Counted from the stretch's first letter, positions 9,227 through 19,991 are shown. The stretch is DNA of 51,922 nucleotides from Maritimibacter sp. (GCA_020441205.1 JAGRMO010000044.1:1-51922), one strand, 5' to 3'. Numbers and translations: made by a program. The notes: generated from the letters alone by a model not told the origin.

Positions 9227-9752
9227 GCCGGTCCCGCCGGGTGACGGCGGGGCGCTGCGGCCACCTCCGGAGTTCGACGGTTTCCTGCTCAGGATCGGCC
9301 GGCTGAACTACGCCTGGACCAACACCGAAAGCCTGCTCATCCACCTGATCGCCGGGTTGGTGCCCTGCGACAAGGACACCGCCACGATCCTGCATCTCTC
9401 GCTCAACACCAGCCGGGCGCGGCTCGATCTGGTCGACCGGCTGGCGAAGCGGCGGGATTGCCCGTTGCCGGAGGCGGCGCAGAAGCGGGTGCTCGCGGTG
9501 TCGGAGCGGATGAAGCGTCTGTCGGGGCTGCGCAACCGGCTCAACCACTCGATCTACGCCTTCGACGCCACCGGAGGGCCGGTGCGCGCGATCGAGATGC
9601 GCATCGCCGACCGCAAGTCCGGGCTCCGGCTCGGCAGTGAGACGGCGCTCGACAGCGCGACGCTGGCCGAGCTCGACGAGGCGCTCGGCGATATCCAGGC
9701 GGTCAACCGCGAGATCTGGACGATCTGCAGCACCTTCGGCCTGCCGCTCTGA
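9219..9752 (+). CDS. Hypothetical helical protein with an RxxxxH (RNRLNH) motif
   Basis: Overlaps the LuxR stop by 8 nt; IGRLNYAWTNTESLLIHLI and LRNRLNHS motifs. Confidence 0.7.
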   Translation: MAEPVPPGDGGALRPPPEFDGFLLRIGRLNYAWTNTESLLIHLIAGLVPCDKDTATILHLSLNTSRARLDLVDRLAKRRDCPLPEAAQKRVLAVSERMKRLSGLRNRLNHSIYAFDATGGPVRAIEMRIADRKSGLRLGSETALDSATLAELDEALGDIQAVNREIWTICSTFGLPL

Positions 9753-9941
9753 GGGGGCAGCGCCGGGGGCTGCGGGCTAGCGGCGCGGTGTCGCGGTTTC
9801 CCGCCGGCGCGGGAACATCGGCTTGTATCCGCGGGGTGCACAATCATAATGAACCGGTGCCGATCGTTGAGCGTTAGAGTCGGTACGACAAGGGACGTCG
9901 GGTGCGCGCGGGACGCGGCCGGCCTCCGGTGGGGCAAGGCG

Positions 9942-11747
9942 ATGGCCAAGGCGAAACACATCCGCCGTCTTCTCGGCGCGACGCTTCTGGCGATCGCGGT
10001 TCCGGCTGCTGCCCAGCAACAGGTGGATTTCGTCGTCGCGGGCGATGATCCCGCGGTCACTTCAGCGCTGCAGGCGGCCTCGCTGCTCTATGCGGGGCAG
10101 GACGCGACCGGGGCCGAACCGCTCGACATCCTCGCCGCCGCGCGCGCCGATTACGGCCGGCTGGTGAGCGCGCTCTATGCCGAGGGCTATTACGGCGGGG
10201 TCGTGAAGATCAAGATCAACGGCAAGGAGGCCGGGGCGATGTCGCCCTTCGCCGCGCCGTCGCGGATCTCCTCGATCCGGGTCGAGGTCGACCCCGGCGC
10301 GCAATTCACCTTCGGCCAGGCCAGCGTCGCCCCGCTTGCGCCCGGCAGCACGCTGCCCGAAGGGTTCGCGCCCGGGCAGGAGGCGCGCAGCACGATGGTG
10401 CGCGAGGCGGTGGACGACGCGATCTCCGACTGGCGCGACGAAGGCCACGCAAAGGCCGCCGTCGCGAGCGAGGCCGTGACCGCCGATCACCGCAATGCGA
10501 CGCTGAACGCCGATATCCGGCTCGCGCCCGGCCCCACGGTCTATTTCGGCAAGCTGGTGCAGACCACGCCCTCGGCGGTGCGGGCGGCGCGGGTGCAGCG
10601 GATCGCGGGCCTGCCGACCGGCGCGGTCTATTCGCCGGCCGAGGCCGAGCGCGCGGCCGAGCGGCTGCGGCGCACCGGCGCCTTCGCCTCGGTCGCGCTC
10701 AAGGAGGCCGATACACTTGGGCCCGGCGATACGATGGACATCGAGCTCGCGCTGTCGGACGAGAAGCCGCGCCGGTTCGGTTTCGGCGCCGAGCTCGCCT
10801 CGCTCGAAGGGCTCACGGTGTCGGGCTACTGGCTGCATCGCAACCTGTTGGGCGGCGCCGAGCGGCTTCGGATCGACGCCGAAGTGTCGGGGATCGACGG
10901 CTCGCTCGCCGGGATGGACGCCTCGGCGAGCGCGCGGCTCGACATCCCGGCCGCCTTCGGCACCGACAACGACGCCTTCGTGGGCGTCGAGGCCGGGCGG
11001 TTCGACGAACCGGGCTACACGCTTCTCAGCGGCGGGGCCGAGGCGGGCGTGCACCGGCGGTTCACTCCCGAGATCGAGGGCGAGGCGGCGCTCGCCTATG
11101 CCTATGCCATCGTCGAGGACGATCTGGGCACGCGGCGGTTCTCCTATGTCTCGCTTCCGGCGAACCTCACCTGGGATCGGCGCAACTCCACGCTCGATCC
11201 CACCTCGGGCACCTATGTGGCGGCGGAGCTCGAACCGCTCTACGAGTTCAACGGCAATACCTTTGCCACACGCGGCTATCTCGATGCGCGGGCCTATTTC
11301 GGGGTGATGGACGACAAGGTGGTGCTGGCGGCGCGCGGTCAGGTCGGTTACGTGGCCGCGCCCTCGGCGGCTGCGGTGCCGCCCGACATGCTGTTCTTCT
11401 CGGGCGGCGGCGGCACGGTGCGCGGGTTTCCCTACCAGTCGATGGGCGGCGGTCCGGGCGGCGACAATTCGATCGGCGGGCAGACCTTTCTCGGGGCCTC
11501 CGGCGAGGTGCGGGTGAAGGTGAGCGATACGATCGGGCTCGTCGGCTTCGTCGATGCGGGGCAGGTCGGGGCGACCGGTTTTCTCGACGGGGCCGACTGG
11601 CAGATCGGCGCCGGGGCGGGCCTGCGTTATTACACCGGGCTCGGACCGATCCGGCTCGATGTCGGGGTGCCGGTCTCCGGTCCCGGCGCCTCGCTCGACA
11701 GCATCTGGGACGCGCAGCTCTACATCGGGATCGGGCAGGCGTTTTGA
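9942..11747 (+). CDS. tamA: Autotransporter assembly complex outer-membrane protein TamA (Omp85 family)
   Basis: Signal peptide (LLGATLLAIAVPAAAQ), POTRA region (ALYAEGYYG), HRNLLGGAERL, FFSGGGGTVRGF, GAGLRYYTGLGPIRLDVG, C-terminal YIGIGQAF. Start moved to ATG 9942. Confidence 0.9.
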   Translation: MAKAKHIRRLLGATLLAIAVPAAAQQQVDFVVAGDDPAVTSALQAASLLYAGQDATGAEPLDILAAARADYGRLVSALYAEGYYGGVVKIKINGKEAGAMSPFAAPSRISSIRVEVDPGAQFTFGQASVAPLAPGSTLPEGFAPGQEARSTMVREAVDDAISDWRDEGHAKAAVASEAVTADHRNATLNADIRLAPGPTVYFGKLVQTTPSAVRAARVQRIAGLPTGAVYSPAEAERAAERLRRTGAFASVALKEADTLGPGDTMDIELALSDEKPRRFGFGAELASLEGLTVSGYWLHRNLLGGAERLRIDAEVSGIDGSLAGMDASASARLDIPAAFGTDNDAFVGVEAGRFDEPGYTLLSGGAEAGVHRRFTPEIEGEAALAYAYAIVEDDLGTRRFSYVSLPANLTWDRRNSTLDPTSGTYVAAELEPLYEFNGNTFATRGYLDARAYFGVMDDKVVLAARGQVGYVAAPSAAAVPPDMLFFSGGGGTVRGFPYQSMGGGPGGDNSIGGQTFLGASGEVRVKVSDTIGLVGFVDAGQVGATGFLDGADWQIGAGAGLRYYTGLGPIRLDVGVPVSGPGASLDSIWDAQLYIGIGQAF

Positions 11748-14700
11748 CCCGCCGCGTCCTCCTTCTGCCCGCCGTGCTGGCGTTGACCGTGCTGCCGCTC
11801 TTCGCCCAGGACGAAGCGGTGGACGACAAGACGTTTCTCGAAAACCTGTTGCAGGACAAGCTTTCGGCCGCGGGCCGCGCGGTCGAGATCACCGGGTTTC
11901 AGGGCGCGCTGTCGTCGCGGGCGGTGATGCAGCGGCTGACGGTGGCCGATGACGAAGGCGTCTGGCTCACCATCGAGGGGGCCGAGCTCGCCTGGACGCG
12001 CTCGGCGCTCCTGACCGGGCGGCTCGAGATCAACGCATTGACCGCCGAGCGGATCGAAGTGGCCCGCCCGCCAGTCGCGGTGAGCGACGGGCCGCAGGCC
12101 ACGACGTCGGATTTCGCCCTGCCGGAGCTGCCGGTGGCGATCAATATCGGCGAGATATCGGCCGAGGTGCTGGTGCTGGGCGAGACCGTGCTCGGGGTGC
12201 CGGCGGAGCTCAGCCTTGCCGGCGGCGGGCGGCTCGACGGCGGCGCGGGCGAGGCCGTGCTGACGCTCGACCGGATCGACGGCCAGGCGGGGCATTTCGC
12301 CATCTCGGCGGCCTATGCGAACGAGAGCCGCAACCTCGCGCTCGATCTCGATCTTGACGAGGGGGCAGACGGCATCGTGGCGACGCTGACCGGTCTGCCC
12401 GGCAGCCCGCCGCTCGCCTTTTCGCTGAAGGGCGAGGGGCCGATCGACGCCTATGCCGCCGATCTTTCGCTGGCGACCGATGGGGCGGAACGGCTCGGCG
12501 GGCAGGTCACGCTGTCGCGCGCGAGCGCCGAGGCGCCGATGGGGTTCACCGCCGAGCTTGCCGGCGATCCGAGCCCGCTGCTCGCGCCGGATTACCGAGG
12601 CTTCTTCGGCGATGACGTGCGGCTGTCGCTCGCGGGCGCGCGCGACGCGGCGGGGTGGACCGAGCTTTCCCGGCTCGAGATCGTGACCGAGGCGCTCGAT
12701 CTCGCCGGTTCGGCGGTGATCGGGGCGGGTGGTTGGCCCGAACGGGTGGCGCTCTCCGGCAGGGTTGCGGCTCCGGACGGAGCGCCCGTGGTGCTGCCCT
12801 TCGGCGGCGACCAGACCCGGATCGCGCGGGCCGACATCACGCTCGACTACGACGCGGCGGCGGGCGACGACTGGCATGCCGAGGCGGTGCTGGACGGGCT
12901 CGGGCAGGCCGACATGACGCTGGATCGGGCGACGATCACGGCGGAGGGCACGTTGACGCTTGCCGCCGATGGCACGCCGCCGGGCTTCGCCGGCCATGTG
13001 GCGCTGACGGCAGATGGCATCACGGGCGCCGACGGGGGCGCCGCCGCCGCGCTCGGACCGCGGCTCGCCGGGCAGGTCGACATCGACCGGCAGAGCGGCG
13101 TGCCGCTGCGATTTTCGAACCTCGACCTCGCCGGGACCGATTATCGGCTCACCGGCGATTTCACTCTCGACACCGATGTCGACAAGCTCGACCTGATCGC
13201 CGAGGTCGCGGTGGCGCTCGATGCGCGCGATCTCGGTCGGTTCGCGGGGCTTGCGGGGCAGAAGCTGAGCGGCGCGGCGCGGCTCGATGTTGCGGGCACC
13301 GCGGCGCTGCCGGGCGGGCCGTTCGACGTCGAGATCTCCGGCACCGGGAAGGATCTCGCCATCGGCATCGCCGAGGCCGACCGTCTGTTCGCAGGCGCCA
13401 GCACGCTGTCGCTCGCCGCCAACCGCACCGCCGACGGGACCGAGATCGAGCGGTTTGAGATCCGTGCGCCGGGGGCCAGCGCGTCCGGCGCCGGCTGGCT
13501 CGCCGAGACCGACAGCCAGATCGCGGCGCGGGTCGATCTGCCGGATGCGACGCTGGTTGCCGAGGGGCTCGACGGCGCGCTCGCGGTCGAGGCGACGGCG
13601 CGTCAGGAGGTGGAAGGCTGGCAGATCGCGTTGCAGGCCAGAGGGCCCGGCGGGGCGCGGGCAAGCTTCGCGGGGTTGGCCGAGACCGGGCCGACAGGGA
13701 TCGGCGGCGTCGGCGGCGATTTCACCTTCGCGGCAGAGCGGCTGGCCGCCTGGTCCGGCCTCGCAAGGCGCGATCTCGGCGGCTCGGTCAGCCTTTCGGG
13801 GGCCGGTCGATACGAGCCTGACACCGGCAAGTTCGAGGTCACCGGCACCGGCGCGGGGCAGGATCTCGATTTCGATCTCGGCTCGGCCGATCCGCTGCTC
13901 GCAGGCCGGTCCGACCTCGGCTTCGCGGTCAAGCGGCGCAAGAACGGGGTGATCGTCGTCGACCGGTTCAGCCTCACGACCCCGGAGCTCACGCTCGAGG
14001 CCACGGGCAAGGCCGAGGACGAGATGCCGCGGATCAGGCTCTCTGGCCGGCTGCGCAACATGGCGCTGTTTGTCCCGAGCCTGCCTGGCGCGGTCACCGC
14101 CGAGGGTTCGGCCAAGCTGTCGGAGACCGGCTGGGCGGTGAAGCTTGCGGGCGAGGGGCCGGGCGGGACCACGTTCAAGGTGGTCGGCGACGTCGCCGCC
14201 GACAGTTCGACCGCCGATCTCGATCTCGCCGGCCGACTGCCGCTCGCCATCGCCAACGAGTCGATCGCGCCGCAGCAGCTCGCCGGCATGGCGGCCTTCG
14301 ATCTCACGCTGAACGGGCCGCTCGCGCTCGGCTCGGTCGCGGGCACGGTCAAGCTCGACGGCGCGCGGGCGGCGGTGCCGACCGCCGGGCTCGCGCTCGA
14401 TCCGCTCAACGGATCGGTCGCTCTGGCCGGCGGGCGGGCGGATGTGAACCTGTCCGGCCGGGTCTCGTCTGGCGGACGGATCACCGTGACCGGGCCGGTG
14501 CGGCTTGCGGCGCCCTACCCGGGCGATCTCGCGATCCGGCTGTTCCGGGTCGATCTGCGCGACGACCGGCTCTTCGATCTGCGCGCGAACGGCGATCTGG
14601 CGATTTCGGGCCCGCTTGCCGGCGGGGCGACAATCGGCGGCCGGGTCGAGCTTGGCCCGGTCGAGTTGCGCATCCCCGAGACCGGCTTCGGCGTCGACGG

Positions 14701-15499
14701 CAACCTGCCCGGGCTCAAGCATGTCGGCGCGCCGGCGGCGGTGCGCAAGACGCAAGCCCGCGCTGGGCTGACCGAGACCGGCAGCAGCGGCGGGGGCGGC
14801 ACCCCCTACGGGCTCGACATCGCGATCGCCGCTCCGTCCCAGGTGTTCATCCGGGGCCGCGGGCTCGATGCCGAACTGGGCGGTGCGCTCGTGGTCGGCG
14901 GCAGTACCGCCGATGTGGTCACCACCGGCGACGTCAAGCTGATCCGCGGCCGGCTCGACATCCTCGGCAACCGGCTCGCGCTCACCGAGGGCTATGCGAC
15001 GCTGCGCGGCAGCCTCGATCCCTGGCTGCATCTGGTGGCCGAGACCGAGACCGACGGGGTCACGGTGCGGATCGCGGTCGACGGGCTCGCCTCCGACCCG
15101 ACGATCACCTTCACCTCCTCGCCCGATCTGCCGGAGGACGAGATTCTCGCCCGGCTGGTGTTCGGGCGCGGGCTCGACCAGATCTCGCCGTTCCAGGCGC
15201 TGAAGCTCGCCTCGGCGGTGGCAACCTTGTCGGGCAAAGGCGGGGTCGGCACCATCGGCAAGCTGCGCCAGGGCTTCGGCCTCGACGATCTGGACGTCAC
15301 CACCGACGCGGACGGCGAGCTTGCCGTGCGCGCCGGCACCTATATTTCCGACAATATCTACACCGACGTTACGGTCGGTGCGGGCGGGCAGGCGGAGGTG
15401 AATCTCAACCTCACGATCACGCCCGAGATCACCGCCAAGGGCACGGTCTCGTCGGACGGGTCCACCGGGCTCGGGATCTTCTTCGAGAAGGATTACTGA
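11744..15499 (+). CDS. tamB: Translocation/assembly module TamB
   Basis: Overlaps tamA; N-terminal anchor; long Gly/Ala/Leu beta-rich body; C-terminal DUF490-like motifs IRGRGLDAELGG, LPEDEILARLVFG, GIFFEKDY. Confidence 0.88.
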   Translation: MTRRVLLLPAVLALTVLPLFAQDEAVDDKTFLENLLQDKLSAAGRAVEITGFQGALSSRAVMQRLTVADDEGVWLTIEGAELAWTRSALLTGRLEINALTAERIEVARPPVAVSDGPQATTSDFALPELPVAINIGEISAEVLVLGETVLGVPAELSLAGGGRLDGGAGEAVLTLDRIDGQAGHFAISAAYANESRNLALDLDLDEGADGIVATLTGLPGSPPLAFSLKGEGPIDAYAADLSLATDGAERLGGQVTLSRASAEAPMGFTAELAGDPSPLLAPDYRGFFGDDVRLSLAGARDAAGWTELSRLEIVTEALDLAGSAVIGAGGWPERVALSGRVAAPDGAPVVLPFGGDQTRIARADITLDYDAAAGDDWHAEAVLDGLGQADMTLDRATITAEGTLTLAADGTPPGFAGHVALTADGITGADGGAAAALGPRLAGQVDIDRQSGVPLRFSNLDLAGTDYRLTGDFTLDTDVDKLDLIAEVAVALDARDLGRFAGLAGQKLSGAARLDVAGTAALPGGPFDVEISGTGKDLAIGIAEADRLFAGASTLSLAANRTADGTEIERFEIRAPGASASGAGWLAETDSQIAARVDLPDATLVAEGLDGALAVEATARQEVEGWQIALQARGPGGARASFAGLAETGPTGIGGVGGDFTFAAERLAAWSGLARRDLGGSVSLSGAGRYEPDTGKFEVTGTGAGQDLDFDLGSADPLLAGRSDLGFAVKRRKNGVIVVDRFSLTTPELTLEATGKAEDEMPRIRLSGRLRNMALFVPSLPGAVTAEGSAKLSETGWAVKLAGEGPGGTTFKVVGDVAADSSTADLDLAGRLPLAIANESIAPQQLAGMAAFDLTLNGPLALGSVAGTVKLDGARAAVPTAGLALDPLNGSVALAGGRADVNLSGRVSSGGRITVTGPVRLAAPYPGDLAIRLFRVDLRDDRLFDLRANGDLAISGPLAGGATIGGRVELGPVELRIPETGFGVDGNLPGLKHVGAPAAVRKTQARAGLTETGSSGGGGTPYGLDIAIAAPSQVFIRGRGLDAELGGALVVGGSTADVVTTGDVKLIRGRLDILGNRLALTEGYATLRGSLDPWLHLVAETETDGVTVRIAVDGLASDPTITFTSSPDLPEDEILARLVFGRGLDQISPFQALKLASAVATLSGKGGVGTIGKLRQGFGLDDLDVTTDADGELAVRAGTYISDNIYTDVTVGAGGQAEVNLNLTITPEITAKGTVSSDGSTGLGIFFEKDY

Positions 15500-15712
15500 G
15501 ACGGGGGCAGGAGGTGTCGCGGCCGCCCGATCCTGCGGCATCCGGTCCCTGCGGGCACTTGGACCGATTTTCTCTGGAGGAAACACAGTTTTTCCGTTAC
15601 CTCGCCCAAAACCGGTCCAATCATTCCATGACGCTGTCGGCCGACGCCCGTAAGAAGGGTGCGCCGGCGATGCGGGGCGTGTTCGGCGCGGCAGAACGTT
15701 GTGAGGTACTCG

Positions 15713-16282
15713 ATGCAGGTCGAACATTTGTCGCTGACGGGGGCCATGGTTCTCACCCCGGCCCGCCACGGCGACGACCGGGGCTATTTCAGCGAAACCT
15801 GGAACCGCCGGAGGCTGGCTGAGGCCGGGCTGGATGTCGACTTCGTGCAGGACAACGAGAGCCTTTCGGCCACCCAAGGCACGGTGCGCGGCCTGCATTA
15901 TCAGGCACCGCCCGCGGCCCAGGCCAAGCTCGTTCGCGTCGTCGCGGGGCGGATCCGCGACGCCATCGTCGACGTGCGCCGGGGTTCGCCCACGTTCGGG
16001 CAATGGGTCGCGGTCGAGCTCTCGGCCAAGGCCGGCAACCAGCTCTTCGTGCCGCGCGGCTTCCTGCACGGTTTCGTCACCCTCGAGCCCGACACGCTGG
16101 TGCAATACAAGGTGGATAACCATTACGACGCGGCCGCCGACGGCTCGGTCGCATGGAACGATCCCGATCTCGGCGTCGACTGGGGCATGGCGCCCGAGGC
16201 GGCCACGGTCTCGGCGAAAGACGCTGCGGCACCTGCATTTCGCGACTGGACATCGCCATTCGTCTGGGAGGAGCGGCCATGA
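15713..16282 (+). CDS. rfbC: dTDP-4-dehydrorhamnose 3,5-epimerase
   Basis: [48 protein letters not shown]; GAGG RBS before ATG 15713. Confidence 0.95.
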   Translation: MQVEHLSLTGAMVLTPARHGDDRGYFSETWNRRRLAEAGLDVDFVQDNESLSATQGTVRGLHYQAPPAAQAKLVRVVAGRIRDAIVDVRRGSPTFGQWVAVELSAKAGNQLFVPRGFLHGFVTLEPDTLVQYKVDNHYDAAADGSVAWNDPDLGVDWGMAPEAATVSAKDAAAPAFRDWTSPFVWEERP

Positions 16283-17319
16283 AGATCCTCGTCACCGGCG
16301 GCGCCGGCTTCATCGGCTCGGCCGTGGTGCGCCAGGCGATCCGCGACGGACATTCCGTGGTCAACCTCGATGCCTTGACCTATGCCGGCTCGCTCACCAA
16401 TGTCGCCTCGGTGTCGAACGCGCCGGGCTATGCCTTCGAACAGGTCGACATCCGCGACCGCGCGGCGCTCGACCGGGTGTTCGCGGATCACGCGCCCGAC
16501 GCGGTGATGCATCTCGCTGCCGAAAGCCATGTCGACCGGTCGATCGACGGGCCGGCCGATTTCATCGAGACCAATGTCACCGGCACGTTCAATCTGCTCG
16601 AAGCGGCCCGCAGCTATTGGGTGGGGGCAGGGCGGCCGGAGGGGTTCCGGTTCCACCATATCTCGACCGACGAGGTGTTCGGTTCGCTGGGCGAAGACGG
16701 CATGTTCACCGAGACCACGCCCTACGACCCCAACTCGCCCTATTCGGCCTCGAAGGCGGCGTCCGACCATCTGGTGCGGGCCTGGGGCGAGACCTACGGG
16801 TTGCCGGTGGTGCTCACCAATTGTTCGAACAATTACGGGCCCTTCCACTTCCCCGAGAAGCTCATCCCGGTGGTGATCCTGAACGCGCTCGCGGGCAAAC
16901 CGATCCCGGTCTACGGGAAGGGGGTCAATGTGCGCGACTGGCTCTTCGTCGAAGACCACGCGACGGCGCTGCTCACCGTGCTCGCCAAGGGCAGGCTCGG
17001 CGAAAGCTACAACATCGGTGGCAACGCCGAGGCGCGCAATATCGACCTGGTGCGGATGATCTGCGCGATCCTCGACGCGGAACGCCCCGATGCCGCGCCG
17101 CATGCCGACCTCATCACGTTCGTCGCCGACCGGCCGGGCCACGACCTGCGCTACGCAATCGACGCGAGCAAGATCAAGGCCGAGCTCGGCTGGTCGCCTT
17201 CGGTGACGCTCGAAGAGGGGTTGCGCCGCACCGTGCGCTGGTATCTCGACAACGAGGCCTGGTGGCGCCCGCTGCAAGAGCGGCGCGGCGTCGGCGAACG
17301 GTTGGGGAAGGCGCAATGA
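16279..17319 (+). CDS. rfbB: dTDP-glucose 4,6-dehydratase
   Basis: [65 protein letters not shown] overlap with rfbC. Confidence 0.96.
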   Translation: MKILVTGGAGFIGSAVVRQAIRDGHSVVNLDALTYAGSLTNVASVSNAPGYAFEQVDIRDRAALDRVFADHAPDAVMHLAAESHVDRSIDGPADFIETNVTGTFNLLEAARSYWVGAGRPEGFRFHHISTDEVFGSLGEDGMFTETTPYDPNSPYSASKAASDHLVRAWGETYGLPVVLTNCSNNYGPFHFPEKLIPVVILNALAGKPIPVYGKGVNVRDWLFVEDHATALLTVLAKGRLGESYNIGGNAEARNIDLVRMICAILDAERPDAAPHADLITFVADRPGHDLRYAIDASKIKAELGWSPSVTLEEGLRRTVRWYLDNEAWWRPLQERRGVGERLGKAQ

Positions 17320-18188
17320 AGCTCCTCGTCTTCGGCAAGACCGGACAGGTGGCCCGCGCCCTCGCGGCGTCCTGCGCGCGCGAAGGGATCGAGGCGCGGT
17401 TCCTCGGCCGGGCCGAGGCCGATCTGACCGATCCCGAGGCCTGCGCGCGGGCGGTGGAGGCGGCGGAGGCGGATGCAATCATCAACGCCGCCGCCTATAC
17501 GGCGGTGGATGCGGCCGAGACCGACCGGAAGGCCGCGCATCTGGTGAACGCGGAAGCGCCCGGCGCGATGGCGCGGGCGGCGGCGGCGAAAGGCGTGCCG
17601 TTCCTGCATATCTCGACCGATTACGTGTTCGACGGCGCCGGCACCCGGGCCTGGCGCGAAGACGATCCGGTGGCGCCGCTCGGCTATTACGGCCAATCGA
17701 AGCTCGACGGCGAGCGCGAAGTGCTGGCGGCGGGTGGTCAGGCGGTGATCCTGCGGGTCGCCTGGGTCTACGACGCCACCGCCAAGAACTTCGTCACCGC
17801 CATGTTGCGGCTCGGGGCCACGCGCGACGTGCTCCAGGTGGTCGACGACCAGCGCGGCAGCCCGACGCCGGCCTGGGCGGTCGCAGACGCGCTCATCGCC
17901 GTCGCGCGCGCCTTCGAAGCCGGCAAAGGCGTGCCGGGGCTCTACCATTTCGCAGGCGCGCCCGCTGTGGCGCGCAACGATTTCGCCGCCGCGATCCTCG
18001 CCGGCACCGCGCGTCCGCCCCGGATCGAGCCGGTGGCCTCGTCGGCCTTTCCGACGCCGGCGGCCCGGCCCGAGAACTCGGTGCTCGACTGCGCCCGCAT
18101 CGGCGAAGTCTACGGCATCGCCCAGCCCGATTGGCGCGCGGACGTGGCCCGGATCGCCGCCCGGTTCCAGCCGGAGGCGGCGTCGTGA
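17316..18188 (+). CDS. rfbD: dTDP-4-dehydrorhamnose reductase
   Basis: True start ATG 17316 lies inside the 15834..18188 ORF: [65 protein letters not shown]. Confidence 0.94.
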   Translation: MKLLVFGKTGQVARALAASCAREGIEARFLGRAEADLTDPEACARAVEAAEADAIINAAAYTAVDAAETDRKAAHLVNAEAPGAMARAAAAKGVPFLHISTDYVFDGAGTRAWREDDPVAPLGYYGQSKLDGEREVLAAGGQAVILRVAWVYDATAKNFVTAMLRLGATRDVLQVVDDQRGSPTPAWAVADALIAVARAFEAGKGVPGLYHFAGAPAVARNDFAAAILAGTARPPRIEPVASSAFPTPAARPENSVLDCARIGEVYGIAQPDWRADVARIAARFQPEAAS

Positions 18189-19150
18189 GCGACATCGCCG
18201 CCATCGTCATCGGCCGCAACGAAGGCGCGCGGCTCGTCGCCTGCCTCGCCTCGCTCAGGGGCCAGGTCGCCCGGGTGGTCTATGTCGACAGCGGCTCGAC
18301 CGATGGCAGCGTCGAGATGGCGCGCGCCACCGGCGCCGTGGTGGTGCCGCTCGACATGTCCAAACCCTTCACCGCCGCGCGGGCGCGCAACGCGGGCCTC
18401 GACGCGCTGGCCGCGCGCCCGCCCGAGTTCGTCCAGTTTCTCGATGGCGATTGCACGCTGGCGCCGGGTTGGGTCGACGTGGCCGAGGAGTTTCTGGCCG
18501 AGAACCGCGACGTCGCCGTTGCCTGCGGCCGGCGGCGCGAGATCGCGCCCGAGGCAAGCGTCTACAACCGGCTCTGCGACGACGAATGGGATACGCCGGT
18601 GGGCGAGGCACTGGCCTGCGGCGGCGACGCTTTGGTGCGCTGGGAGGCGATCACTGCGGTCGGCGGGTTCGATCCCTCGCTGATCGCCGGCGAAGAGCCT
18701 GATCTCTGCCTGCGGCTCCGGCTCGAACGCCAGAAGATCTGGCGGCTCGATGCCGAGATGACCGGCCATGACGCGGCGATCCATCGCTTCGGCCAGTGGT
18801 GGAAGCGGGCACGGCGCGCGGGGCACGCCTATGCCGAGGGCGCGGCGCGGCACGGACGGGCGCATGGACATTGGGTGAGCGAAACCCGGCGGATGCTGCT
18901 CTGGGGGCTGTGGCTGCCGCTCGCGATCCTGCTCGCGGCGGTCGCGGTCGGCCCCTGGGCGCTCCTGCTTCTTCTGCTCTACCCGCTCCAGGTGGTGCGG
19001 CTTGCGATGCGGCGCGGGGCGGGGTCGCGGTTCTCCTGGCAATGGGCGCTGTTCATGACGCTGCACAAGTTCGCGGGCTCGCTCGGCGCGCTCGGCTATT
19101 ACTGGTCGCGGCTGACCCGGCGGCAGACGACGCTCATCGAGTACAAGTAG
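18185..19150 (+). CDS. Glycosyltransferase family 2 with C-terminal TM helices
   Basis: IVIGRNEG, YVDSGSTDGS, ARARNAG, QFLDGD (DxD), GGFDPSLIAGEEPDLC; GTGA overlap with rfbD. Confidence 0.9.
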   Translation: MSDIAAIVIGRNEGARLVACLASLRGQVARVVYVDSGSTDGSVEMARATGAVVVPLDMSKPFTAARARNAGLDALAARPPEFVQFLDGDCTLAPGWVDVAEEFLAENRDVAVACGRRREIAPEASVYNRLCDDEWDTPVGEALACGGDALVRWEAITAVGGFDPSLIAGEEPDLCLRLRLERQKIWRLDAEMTGHDAAIHRFGQWWKRARRAGHAYAEGAARHGRAHGHWVSETRRMLLWGLWLPLAILLAAVAVGPWALLLLLLYPLQVVRLAMRRGAGSRFSWQWALFMTLHKFAGSLGALGYYWSRLTRRQTTLIEYK

Positions 19151-19170
19151 CCGGGCGCGCGCCCGCCCCT

Positions 19171-19225
19171 CTTCATCTTGGCGCAAATACTCTCCGGGGG
19201 TCCGGGGGTGGAAAACCCCCGGCTT
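19171..19225 (+). repeat. REP-like intergenic repeat, copy 1
   Basis: 34-nt core ctccgggggtccgggggtggaaaacccccggctt is identical to 30172-30205; contains hairpin ccgggggt-ggaaa-acccccgg; lies between convergent genes. Confidence 0.8.
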
Positions 19226-19235
19226 GCGACGCCGC

Positions 19236-19991
19236 TCAACCGGCCCGCCGCTGCCGCCTTGCCTCGCGCAGATGCCGCGGCAGGAGCTTTCCCGCCCGCC
19301 AGTAGCGCGGCACCATCCGGCGGGGCGAGGTGAGCGCGCGCCAGAGCCATTCCATCTTGAGGTCGCGGGCGAGCTTCGGGGCGCGAACCTGGTGGCCACC
19401 GAGAAAATCGAGCCCGGCGCCGATCGAGGCGAAGCCGACGCCCGGGGCGAGGGCGCGGCCGCGGGCGGCGAGGCGTTCCTGTTTCGGCGCGCCGAGGGCG
19501 AGGAAGCACAGGCCGACGCCGGCTTCGGCGAGCTCGGCGAGGATCGCGGCGGCCGCGTCACCCTCGGGGTCGAAGCCCATGGCTGGGGCGTTCGTGTAGA
19601 CGATTTCGAGCCCCGGGGTGCGCGCTTCCAGCGCCGCCTTGGCATCGGCGAGCGCCCGGTCGTGGCTGCCGACGAGGCCGAGCTTGACACCGGCCTTCGC
19701 GGCCCAGGCCGACATCGGCTCGACCAGTTCGGAGCCCGGCATCAGCTCGACCGGATGGCCCGAGACCTTCGACAGGGTGACGATCGGCCAGCCGTCGGCG
19801 ACGACGAAATCCTGCGCCGCATAGGCGGCGACGAAGGCGGGATCGGTGTCGAGCTTGGCCAGGTGGTCGAGGTTGATCGTCGCCAGGGCGAAGCCCTCGC
19901 CGGCCGCCCAGCGGGCGGTGACGGCCGCTTCCAGCGCCGTGCGAGTCGGAATGTTGACCGCGATGGTCATGTCGTCATAGCGGAATTGCAC
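19236..19991 (-). CDS. WecB/TagA/CpsF-family glycosyltransferase
   Basis: ATINLDHL, VADGWPIV, MPGSELV, FLALGAPKQE, SIGAGLDFLGG-QVRAP, MEWLWR. Confidence 0.92.
   Translation of the reverse strand: MQFRYDDMTIAVNIPTRTALEAAVTARWAAGEGFALATINLDHLAKLDTDPAFVAAYAAQDFVVADGWPIVTLSKVSGHPVELMPGSELVEPMSAWAAKAGVKLGLVGSHDRALADAKAALEARTPGLEIVYTNAPAMGFDPEGDAAAAILAELAEAGVGLCFLALGAPKQERLAARGRALAPGVGFASIGAGLDFLGGHQVRAPKLARDLKMEWLWRALTSPRRMVPRYWRAGKLLPRHLREARRQRRAG

Noticed and set aside
11720-16123. 1467-aa minus-strand ORF and other long antisense ORFs (e.g. 20478..23501, 26461..29265, 30156..32849, 38928..42122)
   Set aside because: They lie antisense to well-supported genes, are Arg/Pro/His-rich and have no motifs. 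Long shadow ORFs are expected with high-GC codon bias.
15834-17315. Apparent 784-aa fusion ending in RmlD
   Set aside because: The upstream part is an off-frame read through rfbC and rfbB; the real rfbD starts at ATG 17316, overlapping the rfbB stop.
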